A DNA stretch of 64,000 bases from NCBI RefSeq assembly GCF_031769215.1, contig NW_026781981.1, positions 124,001 through 188,000 of the forward strand. Direction: 5' to 3'. A program made the position numbers and the translations under genes. This stretch comes from Ylistrum balloti. Lineage: Eukaryota. Below are positions 26,801 through 40,200 of the stretch, piece after piece; the first letter of the stretch is position 1, and the number at the start of each line of letters is the position of its first letter. The notes below the pieces were generated by a model that saw only the letters and a program-made list of their open reading frames with translations, was not told where the DNA came from and made no database searches.

Positions 26801-28197
26801 TTGACCGCTATCACAACAGCTGAGAGACATCATTATTAAACACATGAACTTTGCCACTATCACAACAGCTGAGAGACATTATCAAACACCTGAAATTGAC
26901 CGCTATCACAACAGCTGAGAGACATCATTATTAAACACATGAACTTTGCCACTATCACAACAGCTGAGAGACATTATCAAACACCTGAAATTGACCACTA
27001 TCACAACAGCTGAGAGACATCATTATTAAACACATGAACTTTGCCACTATCACAACAGCTGAGAGACATTATCAAACACCTGAAATTGACCACTATCACA
27101 ACAGGTGAGAAACATAATTATTAAACACCTGAACTTTGCCACTATTACAACAGGTGAGAGACATCATTATTAAACACCTGAACTTTACCACTATCACAAC
27201 AGCTGAGAGACATTATCAAACACCTGAAATTGACCACTATCACAACAGGTGAGAAACATCATTATTAAACACCTGAACTTTGCCACTATCACAACAGCTG
27301 AGAGACATCATTATTAAACACCTGAACTTTGCCACGATCACAACAGCTGAGAGATATTATTATTAAACACCTGAAATTTACCACCATGACTATCACATAC
27401 TATTACATAAATGAAGGAGACTATAACAATACTAGATTTTAACGAAATTACACGACAAACAAATAATAACATATACAGTCAATTGGATAATCTGGTGGCA
27501 CAGTGATAACACACTTGCTTTTTACTTAGCCGTTCTGGGTTTGATGCCCGAGGACAGACATGAAAAGGTAAGAGTTCAACTGCCCAACCACATGGGTTTT
27601 CCCACAGTACCCCAGTTTCCTCCCACAGTAAGACCCCTCACATGTTTCCATCTGGGCCAACAAGAGTGACTAGTATAAGTTTAAAATGATATTACCTAGT
27701 AATTCCAATATTGATTTCAAACTACTACACATACATAATTGATAAATAAGGAAAAGTTCCTTGATCTACAGAAGAATTTATTTCACTTCCCCATGGGATT
27801 TTAGACTTGGGTTTGGTACATAACAGTTATGTACTTATACAGCTATTTAATCCCGATACAGCCATTAATCTCCAGCTGATTAAAACACAGTACCGATTAA
27901 ATATTGTTAGAATATTATAATCACTTACTTCTTTACCTTTACTAAAATCAAAACGTCATTTTTAAACAGATCACGAAGTCCAAACGATAACTCATTTTGG
28001 CTTGTAATAATGCCAATTATAAGTGTATCCGGTTTCTACGATTGAATTTAAAGACATGACTGACCATAAAAGACCGAGGTCATGTGATTAAAAGTATTCC
28101 TGTAACATGAGTATCATTTGTATACCTAATATATACCTAATTCAGAAATACAGTAAAGATTACGGAGTTTTTATTTCTACACTTGCCTTAAGGTACT

Positions 28198-28228
<31 letters not shown>

Positions 28229-31200
28229 GGATTTGGAAACTTTATACGATGGATTTTTTTTTATTGAAGAGATTAAAAATGAAGTCATATTACCCTCTTA
28301 AGCACTCAAAGTTGTACTTATAAACCACTCTTTTCTTTTTCCAAAAATAAAAGCAAGTCATTAATGAAACATAAACAAAAGCAAAGTTAATGAGTCAGAT
28401 CAACTTCTGCCAATCCACATCATTATCATCATCAGGACTTTGTTTCCTTTTTAAATAGAAAGCCAATGATGTATCATATGAGAGATGTAAACATGAGAAA
28501 GACATTTAGCCACTCCTTCTAAGGTTTATGCTTTGTGACAAAGACTGGCTCCACGACTTAAAATGTTTTTACTATAATACGTGTTTGCTTACTTCATACT
28601 TTATACGTCTAAACAATTTCTGAACATCACAATCTGTTTTATAGTAAATATATGCTCTACAACAAGCCTTTGTTTCTTATGACTTTTAAGAGAGGATCAT
28701 GACTTAGAATTAAAACTTTCCAGATTATCACATGTTTGCCCTGCAACATATTTGTTGTGATAATAAGTTCTGTTAAATCGCAAAGAAGATAAGAAAATAA
28801 ACAAAGTTCTAGATGTTTAATGCTGTATTTACAGATCTTCAGGGAATCACTTAACTTATTTGTCCCGGAATTTTCAGACGCCTTCTTTGTTTATTACATA
28901 ATTTTAAATTGTTTTTATTTACTGGTTTGAAGATAGTATTATATACAGCTCCTAATTACAATATTGAGATAAACTGCTTTGGAAATGGCTTTCAGGTTGT
29001 AGTTTGAAGACAGCTAATTGGCCATGCTTCTCAATATCCCTTAGGAATGTTCCTGATAAAACTGATTTAGTCTCACATCTTTCTCCTTCAGATGAAGGCA
29101 ACATGTACTAATGTATGTTTTCTACAAGAACTTTGGAAATGACAAGTCTCTCTCTCTGAATTTACTAAATCAGCTGATTAACATCTAGAAATTGTTTGTT
29201 TACAATGATGAAGATGTAAAATTAACATTGCTAGAAACACAACAAAGGTTAGGTACAAATTACATCATAGTTTTAAAAATTTCACCAACACATCATAACA
29301 CCCTTCAATACCATCAATCACAGCCCACCACAACTCACCTAGACCAGGAAAAGTTCGTCTTGCTACAGGTGACAAAGATATTTTGTTTTAAACTTAATTA
29401 TTATACACAGCATCAATTAAAGTTTACCTGTGTTAAAATGAGTTTCATCAGATTTTTTTTCTAATTTCCAATGCATTGGTAAAGGAAGAATTAGATACAT
29501 ATATTGCTAAGATGACGGGTAGACGTTCATCAGAAATTTACAATAATAAGCAAAGGAAGTATTAGAGACACATTGCTAAGGTGATAGGTAGTTATTCCTT
29601 GGCTCAGAATTGTGCAGTTGACATAATACTCAATGATATCATAGCAGTTTACTATAAAGTTTATTCCACAAAGACTTGTTAAATTGAAGGCTTGATGGCC
29701 ATCCTATCAGTTTTTATACATCTGAGAGAGTTTATTTAATTTATTTTATCATACACAGGGTCCAAGTTTTAATTCCGGTATGTTTATTTGTGTAATTAAA
29801 CCTTTAGTTGGATTAATCTAGTAATTCTAAACTGCCCACCCCTGATACTGACCAATATTTATTTATAGGTGACCTTGAGTAGACCAGTAGACATTTGAGA
29901 GGATTATTGTGTATGACACAGGGATGACCTACAGATTATGGCCTCGCCCATATTTGGCCGTTAATACCTACATGTGGTCAACATATGTACTGAACTTCTG
30001 ACGGATTCATTAAACATGAAAAAAATGAAAGATTCAATTTAGAAAAGAACAGATTAATATGGGACTTTAATAGATCTAATGACCGTAGCATCAGAAACAA
30101 TAACATACCTTCTTCAAGAGAAACTTCCAAAATATCGTATAGATCTGCTGAAGATATTACAATGTTTTGCATGTGGACACTGCATCCAAGAGATTTTTAA
30201 CCTTCATACTTTTCCATCTGTGTTTTAAGTTTTCACCAACAAAGTGTTTTTGTCCAATTCAAGCGTCAGAAATACCTCGACCATTTAAACACCTTTCATA
30301 TAATGTCCATATGTGCCATTGTTGTTATATAGCGATTGCGTTCGATCTAAGATGCCAACCACTGATAAATATTTCATAAAGAGGCCATTCAAGGGCGGAC
30401 AAATACCTTTCACATAGGCCCACTCAAATAGCATGACTGAATAGGTTATCCTTATCTTCTCAAAAGACACAGTGAAAGTTATTTAACGTTTTCTACAAAT
30501 CATGTTTAAAAATACAGATTTCTCAAAGGAGAACACCTTCATTAACACATTTATAACACGTTAAATCTAGATGTGTTTTTATGGTAATTGAGTTTGGCTC
30601 ATGTTTAGGTCCAAATGTTGTTTATGTGGAACTTTTATCAACTAATGCCTAGAATTTAGACAGAGTGTGTATTGACTAAAAGAATTTGCCACAGAATTTG
30701 TATCTCAAGTCAAAGAGTTATTGATTTGAATCACTTAGATGATAACAGGAGATTGAAATATCCTGACAAATCAGTTGAACCAAAGAGTATTAATGAAAAA
30801 TCAATTAAGTTCAGAGAAATGAGTGAAGTTTGCACGCTGTTACCATCTTAAAGAGATTTTTTACGGTAAAACATTGAAAAGGTTGCAATACATTTTAAAT
30901 CAAATATATTTAATTTCTCAAGGTAACAGATAATACTAATGTAAAATTCGGTTTCAGCATCTTGTACCCAGGGGAAGTAGGACGGGATTGTTGACAGTGG
31001 GCACTTAATAAATATAGAGCTGTATACATCGATGTACAACCCCTATATTAGAAATTTCCTGTTGGCCTGGTATTGCATATTAGATTGTTTAGTACCCATG
31101 AAGCAGTATTCATGTACCTACATTGACGTTATGTTCTTCCGTTTTAGTATTGACGAACACATTAAATGCCGAGCTAGAGATTGACGGCACATTCCGGAGA

Positions 31201-34200
31201 GATCAATACACCATACATATGTTAATGAATTTTAAAGCAAACAAAGATATATATTCAGTTGAAATTGGGACAGCTTTTTACCTGTCACACCTAAAAGCTA
31301 GACCCAGTGTAACTGTCCAGTTGTTCTTAACTTTCTAAATATGATATCGAAAAATGTTTAAAGCATCTTTAAAATTTCATACTTTTGTTAAAATAATTAA
31401 TAAGGTATTTACATGCACAAATCACCTCTGAAATTGTAGTAATATATACATTAATTGAATGATAAAATAAAATCCAGTATTTAAACTGGGACTAACAAGA
31501 CTTGGGACACCAGTGGGCAGGTGAGACAAGGTGAGGCTGACGAGCCCAGACATGTACCAGTTTTAGGTAATTCCTACCTGTAATTTTAGCCTATAAATCC
31601 ATTTACAGATATAAGGGCAATCTTATGTTTATGACCTAAAGTGCAGTTTGGCACACACAGACAAATTTATCCTCAACCAAACCATTCACTAGACAATTTG
31701 TATGAATATGTTTGGGACGTTGAATATCCAAAGTCAATTTTAATGTTGTGAAGAACATTGCTAATATACATACTATTAACGAAACTTATCAATTAGCAAA
31801 CTAATTCCATTTAAACATGAATAAGGAAATCAGGTTAACTCTACATCTAAAGACTTAATTGGTAGCAAACATTCGTAAATAAAAGTTTGATTAATGTGTG
31901 ACAAATTACAGTTCATAGTGTCCTGGGGTTCACACACGAAACACAATAATTGTTCAATGCATTTTCCCCATTTTTCGTAATTATCATGTCTTTATTGTAA
32001 GTCAGGTATTCTCTAACCTTCTGAAGATATTGAACAGACATAAATATGCATTTCAAATTTTTTGATGTCCTTGCCTTTTCATCACTTAGATATAGACATA
32101 TGCATAATGCATTCTTTAAAAAACTAAGACATTCTAAAGTACAGTAACATATGAACCTTTGATATCATCTACAATGATATGTAACATCTACCTGTTTTCT
32201 TCTTAATATAACAATCAATTAGTTAAATGTGATAAAAATATTTCATATATTTGACATGACACTAGATGGGGAAGTAAAAGACTATATATTTTCCTCATGA
32301 CAATGATTAACACCTGCTTTTCCTACCTGTATAATGCGATTACTATCTACCATAACATAATGAAAGGCAATCTTGTATGATGATAAATTATGGAGCAATT
32401 TGTTACTATTTAAGAAGTCAGCAACATCTACTACAGGAAGCAGTCCCACCAGGGTAATGTCTGCCCTTTCACCTTTGCTATGTCTAGACTTAGATATATC
32501 GAAATAAAAGGTTTACTGGTGATAATATAACATGACCACCACAAAGTGGTCAGGTGACACAGTAGTAATGCATTCTCTATTGGGTCACCTGCCAAACCAT
32601 ATAGGTCATCCCCAGGTACTTCTTTTTCCTCCCACAGTACCTCACACACACTGCCATCCAGGCCAACAAGATTAATATGTATAAGTTAGAATAATTGAAC
32701 AGAATAATGCTATGACGTAATGACTGTAGTATTATCATGGTTTTGCACTTACCAACAGACATTGGACTGGCATATCCCAATGACCCCTGGAAGGGTGACG
32801 GCGACTTGACCCCACGGTTCATCTGCATGACCTGTGGTTGTTGCAATGACTGCATTGACCCTGTGGTGGCCTGACTTGGGGTCGGTGAGTTTGAATGTAA
32901 CGTAACCCGTGCCCCGAGGCGTAACTGGTCAATAGTGAGTTCAGCACTGGCATACTTAGACAGAAGTTTATCATAGTCTTTTTGAAGTTGCTGAACCAGC
33001 TCTGTTGCTTGTTTTCTCTTGTGGAATTCCTGATTCAGTTTTGATGACAGCTCATTTTTCGATTTGTCAGAGGTAGAATTCTGGGCCTCGCTTTCATGTT
33101 CTTCAAGTTGTACACGAGACAGGTCTGATACAGACATGTGTTTGGGTTTAATGGGACCAGGTTTGGCAGCGATATTGGTGGTACTTTTACTTTTGACCCG
33201 ATAAGACTGACTAACCTCAGTAGAATTGGGTTTTGGTAGCAGACGTTTTGGCATTTTGTCTGGCGTTGACTTATCTGCAGATCTAACAGGCTGAAGTTCA
33301 GAATCCTGGAAAAAGCTTTCCTGTGATCTAGCTTTTGAAAGTGATGAGTTGTCTTCCCTTGAAGTATTATGTGATGACCTTTGCCTTGACCTGGCTGACA
33401 ATATTTCAGATGCTGCTGACCTCTGACTGGCAACAGAATCTGGTCTTGTAATTTCTGATTGGCTAGTGTTTCGTGGTGTCAGTGACCCTGGTCGAGCTTC
33501 TTGGTGAGACTCTGAGAACACTCCTGTGGATACAGGTGTTAAAGAACCATCCCTACTGGTACGGGATGTATAAGAATGGGTACTTAGAAATGAATCGTTG
33601 TGGTCAAAAGATCTCTCCTCACGTGACCCTGGGCGTCTAGGCAACTGATTTGTTTGTCCTCTTTGTCCATTTGAATGGTTGCTCATGAAAGAATCATTAT
33701 GATCAAATGATTTGTCACTTCCTCTAGAATGTGGTCTCCTTGACAACTGACCTTTCTTGTCATGCGGCGTGTTAGAGCGACTTCCATCATGACTCTGACG
33801 ACTTCCTGACCTACTGCCAAAACTAGGTGTCAGCATGGACGGCGTATCTCTCTCAGTCCCATAGGCACGCCTTTTGGCTGGCTTTGGAGCGTCAGATATT
33901 CTACTAGTTATATTGAATATCTCGTCATCATCTCCAGTCCTCTGGGACTCCTCAAAGTCTATACTATCAGCATCTCTCACATCAAAATCCAATTCCTGGT
34001 CAGGATCACTCACTCTTTCATTGTAGTATTTCAATGCTTCCTCTGGAGAAATTTCGGGAAAAGATCGACTACTTATTGTTCGGGCGGAACTTGCTGTGTT
34101 TGGTCTTGTATGCGTTTGACGTTCTTCAGGTGGTTCATATTCTTCACGATTATCTCCCTTGTCACCATGGAAACCTCCAATGCCTGGACTTCTGATTGGA

Positions 34201-37200
34201 GTTTTCTTCAATAAGTTATCAAAAGAATTGTTGGGTTCGGGAGAATATTCAATATCTTCCCTTGACACATGATCTTCTAATATTTCAAACTCATCGAGAG
34301 AAGCCAGAGGTTCAGCTAATTCTGCACCATCAATTAAAACACCAAGTTCCTCCAACTGTTTATAATAATCCGAATCAAATAATTCCTTGTTTCCTGAATC
34401 AGTTGTACTTTTGAAATTATCATTTGTATCATCAAACGTTAATGAGTGTTCAAAGCTGCTTCTACTGCTAAGTGCACTCTGAAGATCACTTTGGAGTTTA
34501 CCAGATGGTGACCGAACATTTCCATTGTCATAACCAGTGTCTCTGTCAAAACTGTTCCTGAACGCATCCCCCTCAAAACTGAGGTCATCTTTGGATGCCT
34601 CAAGGTCACTGATGTTCACGCGACTGTCCTCTAAAGCCTCATAGCTAGGGTAGGATTGAAGGTCAAACTGACGGATGGTTGATGTGCTTCCACCCGACTG
34701 CTTGTCTCCACCTAGTCCAGAATCTGTCCAGTGGGTAGTAGAACTGCGAGAGGTGTACTTACTCTGAGCATCAAAATCATCTCTTACTATCCCATCATCG
34801 TCAATAAGTATACCACCAGCTAAAATGAGAAAAGAAAATTGGTTAGAAAATGAGCAAGGTTAAATGTGAACTGGAGCTATTAAATACTTTAGTAAAATGA
34901 CAAAAAAGGAATTTAGTTCTAGTAATATATAACATCGAGTCCTAGTAATATATGATTTCAATCATTTTATCTACCCTTCATGTGATTTTCTTTGAAAGCA
35001 AAATCACTTTATCTGCCTAAATGACATGAAATTTGAAATCCTTTTAATTCTTATACCCTAAGTTATATGAGATTCCACCATGGACAGGCCAATAACTGAC
35101 TTTACTTCAGCCTTTAGTAAATAAATTATAGAGACTTGTATAAGAGAAGCAGGGCCCAGTTCAACTGTTCAACTATTGAATAATGATCAGGTTTCTACTC
35201 ATATAACACAAGAACACAGTCCTAAAAACAAGCAACACATTTACATCGTTTAGAAATTTTCTGCTGGTTGTAAATTGCTTACTTTAACAAATAATATTTC
35301 TATTTTCATGTACACTGATTTGGTTGAAAAAGCAAACTAACATCCGATTGGCTATGTCTTTTCATTTTCATGCATACAATGTTACAAAATATTACCAATT
35401 TGTCAATATACGTTGAACTTTATGTATTGCAAACAAGACAGGAGCAGACGGTCGATGACCATTATAATGCTTCACTGCTCTTTGGTATTATTTTATTCTA
35501 ATTTGAGCCCCTTATATATTTATACATATGAGACTAGTTTGTAGAGTTGTAATGACTGTCAACAGATCACCATAATCAAGGGCTCAGCTTAATTATTTAT
35601 AACCAACACTGAAATACCCTTAGTAGATGGAAAATGCAGTGTATCTCCCACAGCAATAACTTGCTCCATCACCATGGAGATGTAATGCACAAGACTATTC
35701 ACTCCATAATCAACTATTAACTAACTATACACAAAAAGAACAGTAAACAGCCATTTTTTGTATAATATAATGGTCCTGGGCAATTAAAGTCACTTCAACA
35801 TACCTTGTACATCAATAATTAATATCACAACATAATGTGTTGAACATATGTTGACAACAACAAAACTACATCGGTTGCCCCATTTTAGCAACAATAGATG
35901 TCAATTGGAGAAATACTATTTAAGGTCAGACAGACATATGTTTACATCTTAATATTTACAGATAAAATCTTTTTTCATTCACAGAATTCCTGGAAATGTT
36001 TTCTTCACAAATTTAAAGTAAGCTTTGATAATCTGGCCACCCATATTATAGGAGGGTTTTGGGAGAACATTATATTAGGTATCAATTAGTCTGTATGCTT
36101 AACCAGGACAAAAAAAAATTCTATAAGATCCAGAAGTATCGTTTTAAGTTTACAGATATACTCCCCGCTATATGAAGTGTTTGTTTAAATATAGACCTAA
36201 TATCTAGCTAAGTCTCTCTGTATTATATATAAACACATTTCTACAAAGTCAATAAAATCTCTCTTCGGTGTGTGTCTGGATTATGCCTAAGTTACTCTGT
36301 AACAATACAATACAACCTGGTAATTTGATTTTCAGCACTGCTGATCTGACCTACAAAGGGATATATGTTTATATATAAACTCCGATCCATAATGTCTTTC
36401 TTACAGAACAACATTAAGTTAAGAATTTAATAGTGAAATCGCTGTTTTTGAAATTCAGTATGTCATTGCCATCAATTAAATGTAATTATAAAAACTCCTT
36501 TTTTGATATTCATCTACAATCTGGACCATCAGCATAAACTTGTTTTTGGACAAACAGAATTTCATAATTCTAAGAATCACTTCTAAACACCTTAAGCCTC
36601 TCAGAGCCAACATAAAGTCCCTGAGTTAGTAAAAACAGGATACTGACTACAAGAAGTTTTAATATTGTATTGTTTTACACTTTGAGAATCCATAGATTAA
36701 TAAATGCCAAACCCTTCGACCATTATATACACATCAGTGTTTTATCATGGTAAACTTAAAAGTTATCATACTAACAACTGTAACAGCTGAAGCTAGTTCA
36801 CATGTACTGGAATCCTCCATGATAGGGGATATGACAAATTTGACATGAAACCGGTATATATTTTGAATCTAGAATCAGGTGTAAAAACTACTATCACAAA
36901 GTTGTTATATCTGAAGCTGATGTTGCCATGTGTCCAGATTCAAAATTTTCGTACTTTTTACTTTCCCTAGTTTCAAAATATTTCTAGTTTGGGTTTTGAG
37001 TATAAGACACCAAAATTCACTACTTTTTACTTATCTTTACTTTCTACAAACCTTTAAACTCCAAATTTCGTTATGTTTTACATACTTTTAGATTCCAAAT
37101 TTCATTTCTTTTTACCTACATGTACCTTCACGTTGGCCTGTTTCCTTCATTATTACCTTACCTGTTCAGGTATACACTCAAAGTTGCTGACTTTGAAGAG

Positions 37201-40200
37201 TTAAGAGTCTCCAACATTATAAAGCCTACAAACGATTTCCATCCAGTTTATGACATCTTATATTATATGTACAACATGATAAGTGTGGAGAGGTTTATAT
37301 CTCAAAGTACAGGGTATATCAGGTCGCCACTAACAGATGTCAACACATACATATATAACATATGGAGTGATAAATTTTGGATGACATTTTCCCCAATATC
37401 AGAATACTGTGGTCGACTCTGTGTAATAAAGGATTTGATACCAGACAGAGATCTAACCAGTTTTATGTCACCAACAAATCTTTAATGGCATTATAATGAA
37501 TTTTCCAACAAAAACCTCAAATATAGTCCACTAATGAAATATCTGAATTTTTTCATTAGTTTGTGAAAGTTCAATCTAATAGTATTAGTTTTAAATATCG
37601 TAAATCGTATTCATCATTTTTTTTTTATATTATTTCAATTCAAATACAAAATAATTTATCTATACTCCACTTTATACTGTATATTCAAGATACATAAGTT
37701 TCGAAGAAACTGCCATCTTACCTTTTTCACAAGACTGTCATGTTCTTTAGAACAACCTTATACTGTAACATGCAGGCCTCTATCCCTTACACTATAACTA
37801 GTAACGCACAGAATACTGGTCTCCGAGTCAACTGACTTATCTCCCAGTAAATTCTTCATTTAAACATTGAATGGATGAGCATGCAGTAGGCCTTCGGGTC
37901 AGATTTAGAGGAAAGTCTATTACAGAAGTAGTACAAACACAGAAGAAGCTTTAAAGACAGCGAGTCACAGAACGAAGTGTGTGATAGTAGTAGCTTCAAT
38001 GGTTGGTCATGATCAATCCTGTTTAGATTTTTTTAATCTCATTGATTGTCATTGACACTGTGAGAAACAGTGCCTTAGTTAGCCTGAAACCTTGCAATAA
38101 AAAAATCTTTCAGAAAACAAAATCTTTAACGTTTGCACAAATTGTTAATCTATTAAACCAACTCATTTACAGATGTACAGATATTAGTTTCTCTGTGAAA
38201 TTATATTTCAAAGCTAGGAAATAAAACTGGATAAAACATTGAGAAGCTGTAATTCAGACACCAAAGCTGACAAATATCTGTAAAACAGTCTACTGACCAG
38301 TCAGTGAAAAGATTATGTTATATCAGTGTGAAAACTGGTCAGGTTTAAATTCAGTCAAGTTCCATAGAAAAATGGCCACAATTCAATAAACATTTCCAGT
38401 ATACATAAAAACACTTCAAGTACAAAGTAAACATTGGAGGGCAGAAATACACATTGAGATCAAAGTTGTGTCAGCACTTAAACAACTAGGTAGTTATTAA
38501 TATGTACACCTGTAGAAGTTTACGATGCTTAAGATATATCTGGTGCATTAGGTCCCCATGGGTCTTTACATACAAAATTCATGTTGACCTCATTTTAGAA
38601 CAACAGAAGTATGTCTGAATCAACCATGACTCTTAGAATGCCAAAAGACATGCTAATGGGTGTATGGATGTTTCCACACCGTGATTGTTTGAACCACTAT
38701 AAGAATTGTTAACAAAGTTGCTTATCTAGCAGATTTTAAACAAATAATCAAATCCTTAACAGAAAATGTTAGGATCTTTATCAGTCCAACTGTGCATGTG
38801 CTTGAAACTTTGTAGAAGTATTGAGGCAAACCAAATGAGGCCAATGTCAGGACCTCCAAACTTTGAAGGAGCCTATTTAGTTCTACCTGAAAATGTCACA
38901 TACTGTAAACTTTTACATAGCAGTGTAATAGGTCTGTCTACAGTACTATAGTTCTCCCTGATAATGTCACATACTGTAAACTTTTACATAGCAGTGTAAT
39001 AGGTCTGTCTACAGTACTATAGTTCTCCCTGATAATGTCACATACTGTAAACTTTTACATAGCAGTGTAATAATTCTCTCTATAGTACTATAATTTTCCC
39101 TGATAATGTCACATATTGTAAACTTTTACATAGCAGTGTAATAGGTCTGTCTACAGTACTATAGTTCTCCCTGATAATGTCACATATTGTAAACTTTTAC
39201 ATAGCAGTGTAATAGGTCTGTCTACAGTACTATAGTTCTCCCTGATAATGTCACATATTGTAAACTTTTACATAGCAGTGTAATAGGTATGTCTACAGTA
39301 CTATAGTTCTCCCTGATAATGTCACATACTGTAAACTTTTACATAGCAATGTAATAGGTCTGTCTACAGTACTATAGTTCTCCCTGATAATGTCACATAC
39401 TGTAAACTTTTACATAGCAGTGTAATAGGTCTGTCTACAGTACTTTAGTTCTCCCTGATAATGTCACATACTGTAAACTTTTACATAGTAGTGTAATAGG
39501 TCTGTCTAAGTACTATAGTTCTCCCTGATAATGTCACATACTGTAAACTTTTGCATAGCAGTGTAATAGGTCTGTCTACAGTAGTATAGTTCTCCCTGAT
39601 AATGTCACATATTGTAAACTTTCACATAGCAGTGTAATAGGTCTGTCTAAGTACTATAGTTCTGCCTGTTATGTCACTTATTATATAAAGTTTTACATAG
39701 CAGTGTAATAGGTCTGTCTGACAACAATAACCCATTGTAATAGTCTGATATTGATCTGTACTAACGTAACAGTGTCTATATGTCCATACACAGATAAACA
39801 CTTACACTAAACCTACCCATTATAGTAGTATCGAGAACATCTATAATATTGATTCATATCTCAACAGGTACAGTATACACCTGTAAACAAGTACAACATT
39901 AAAACTAATATTTACATCTATCACGTGGTCAACCAATCAAATTTTGATGTTTTGTAGTGAATTTTTGAAATTTTCAAAATCCACTGTCATGTTTCAAATG
40001 TTATTTGACGCACCTAAGATTCTCAACAACATTCCATTAAACTGCAAATTGCAATGTGTTGCCATAAGTATGCATAACTTGGCAGTAATGAATCCCGTTT
40101 CACTGATTATGATAACCCATTTTTGTCAGATGAGAACATATACTCACATGAAGCAGAGTCTCGAAGGATTCCATCATCATCAAGGTCAAAATCGTCACTG

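Noticed and set aside
29060-29170. Possible AKNA exon with plausible splice sites
   Set aside because: Stop codons in all three frames
29978-30470. CpG-containing stretch with short ORFs (ADLYDILEVS, reminiscent of a J-domain start)
   Set aside because: No HPD or other motif, and stops in all frames; possibly an unrecognised TE relic
37120-37485. 121-aa plus-strand ORF
   Set aside because: No recognisable homology; AT-rich, intron-like composition
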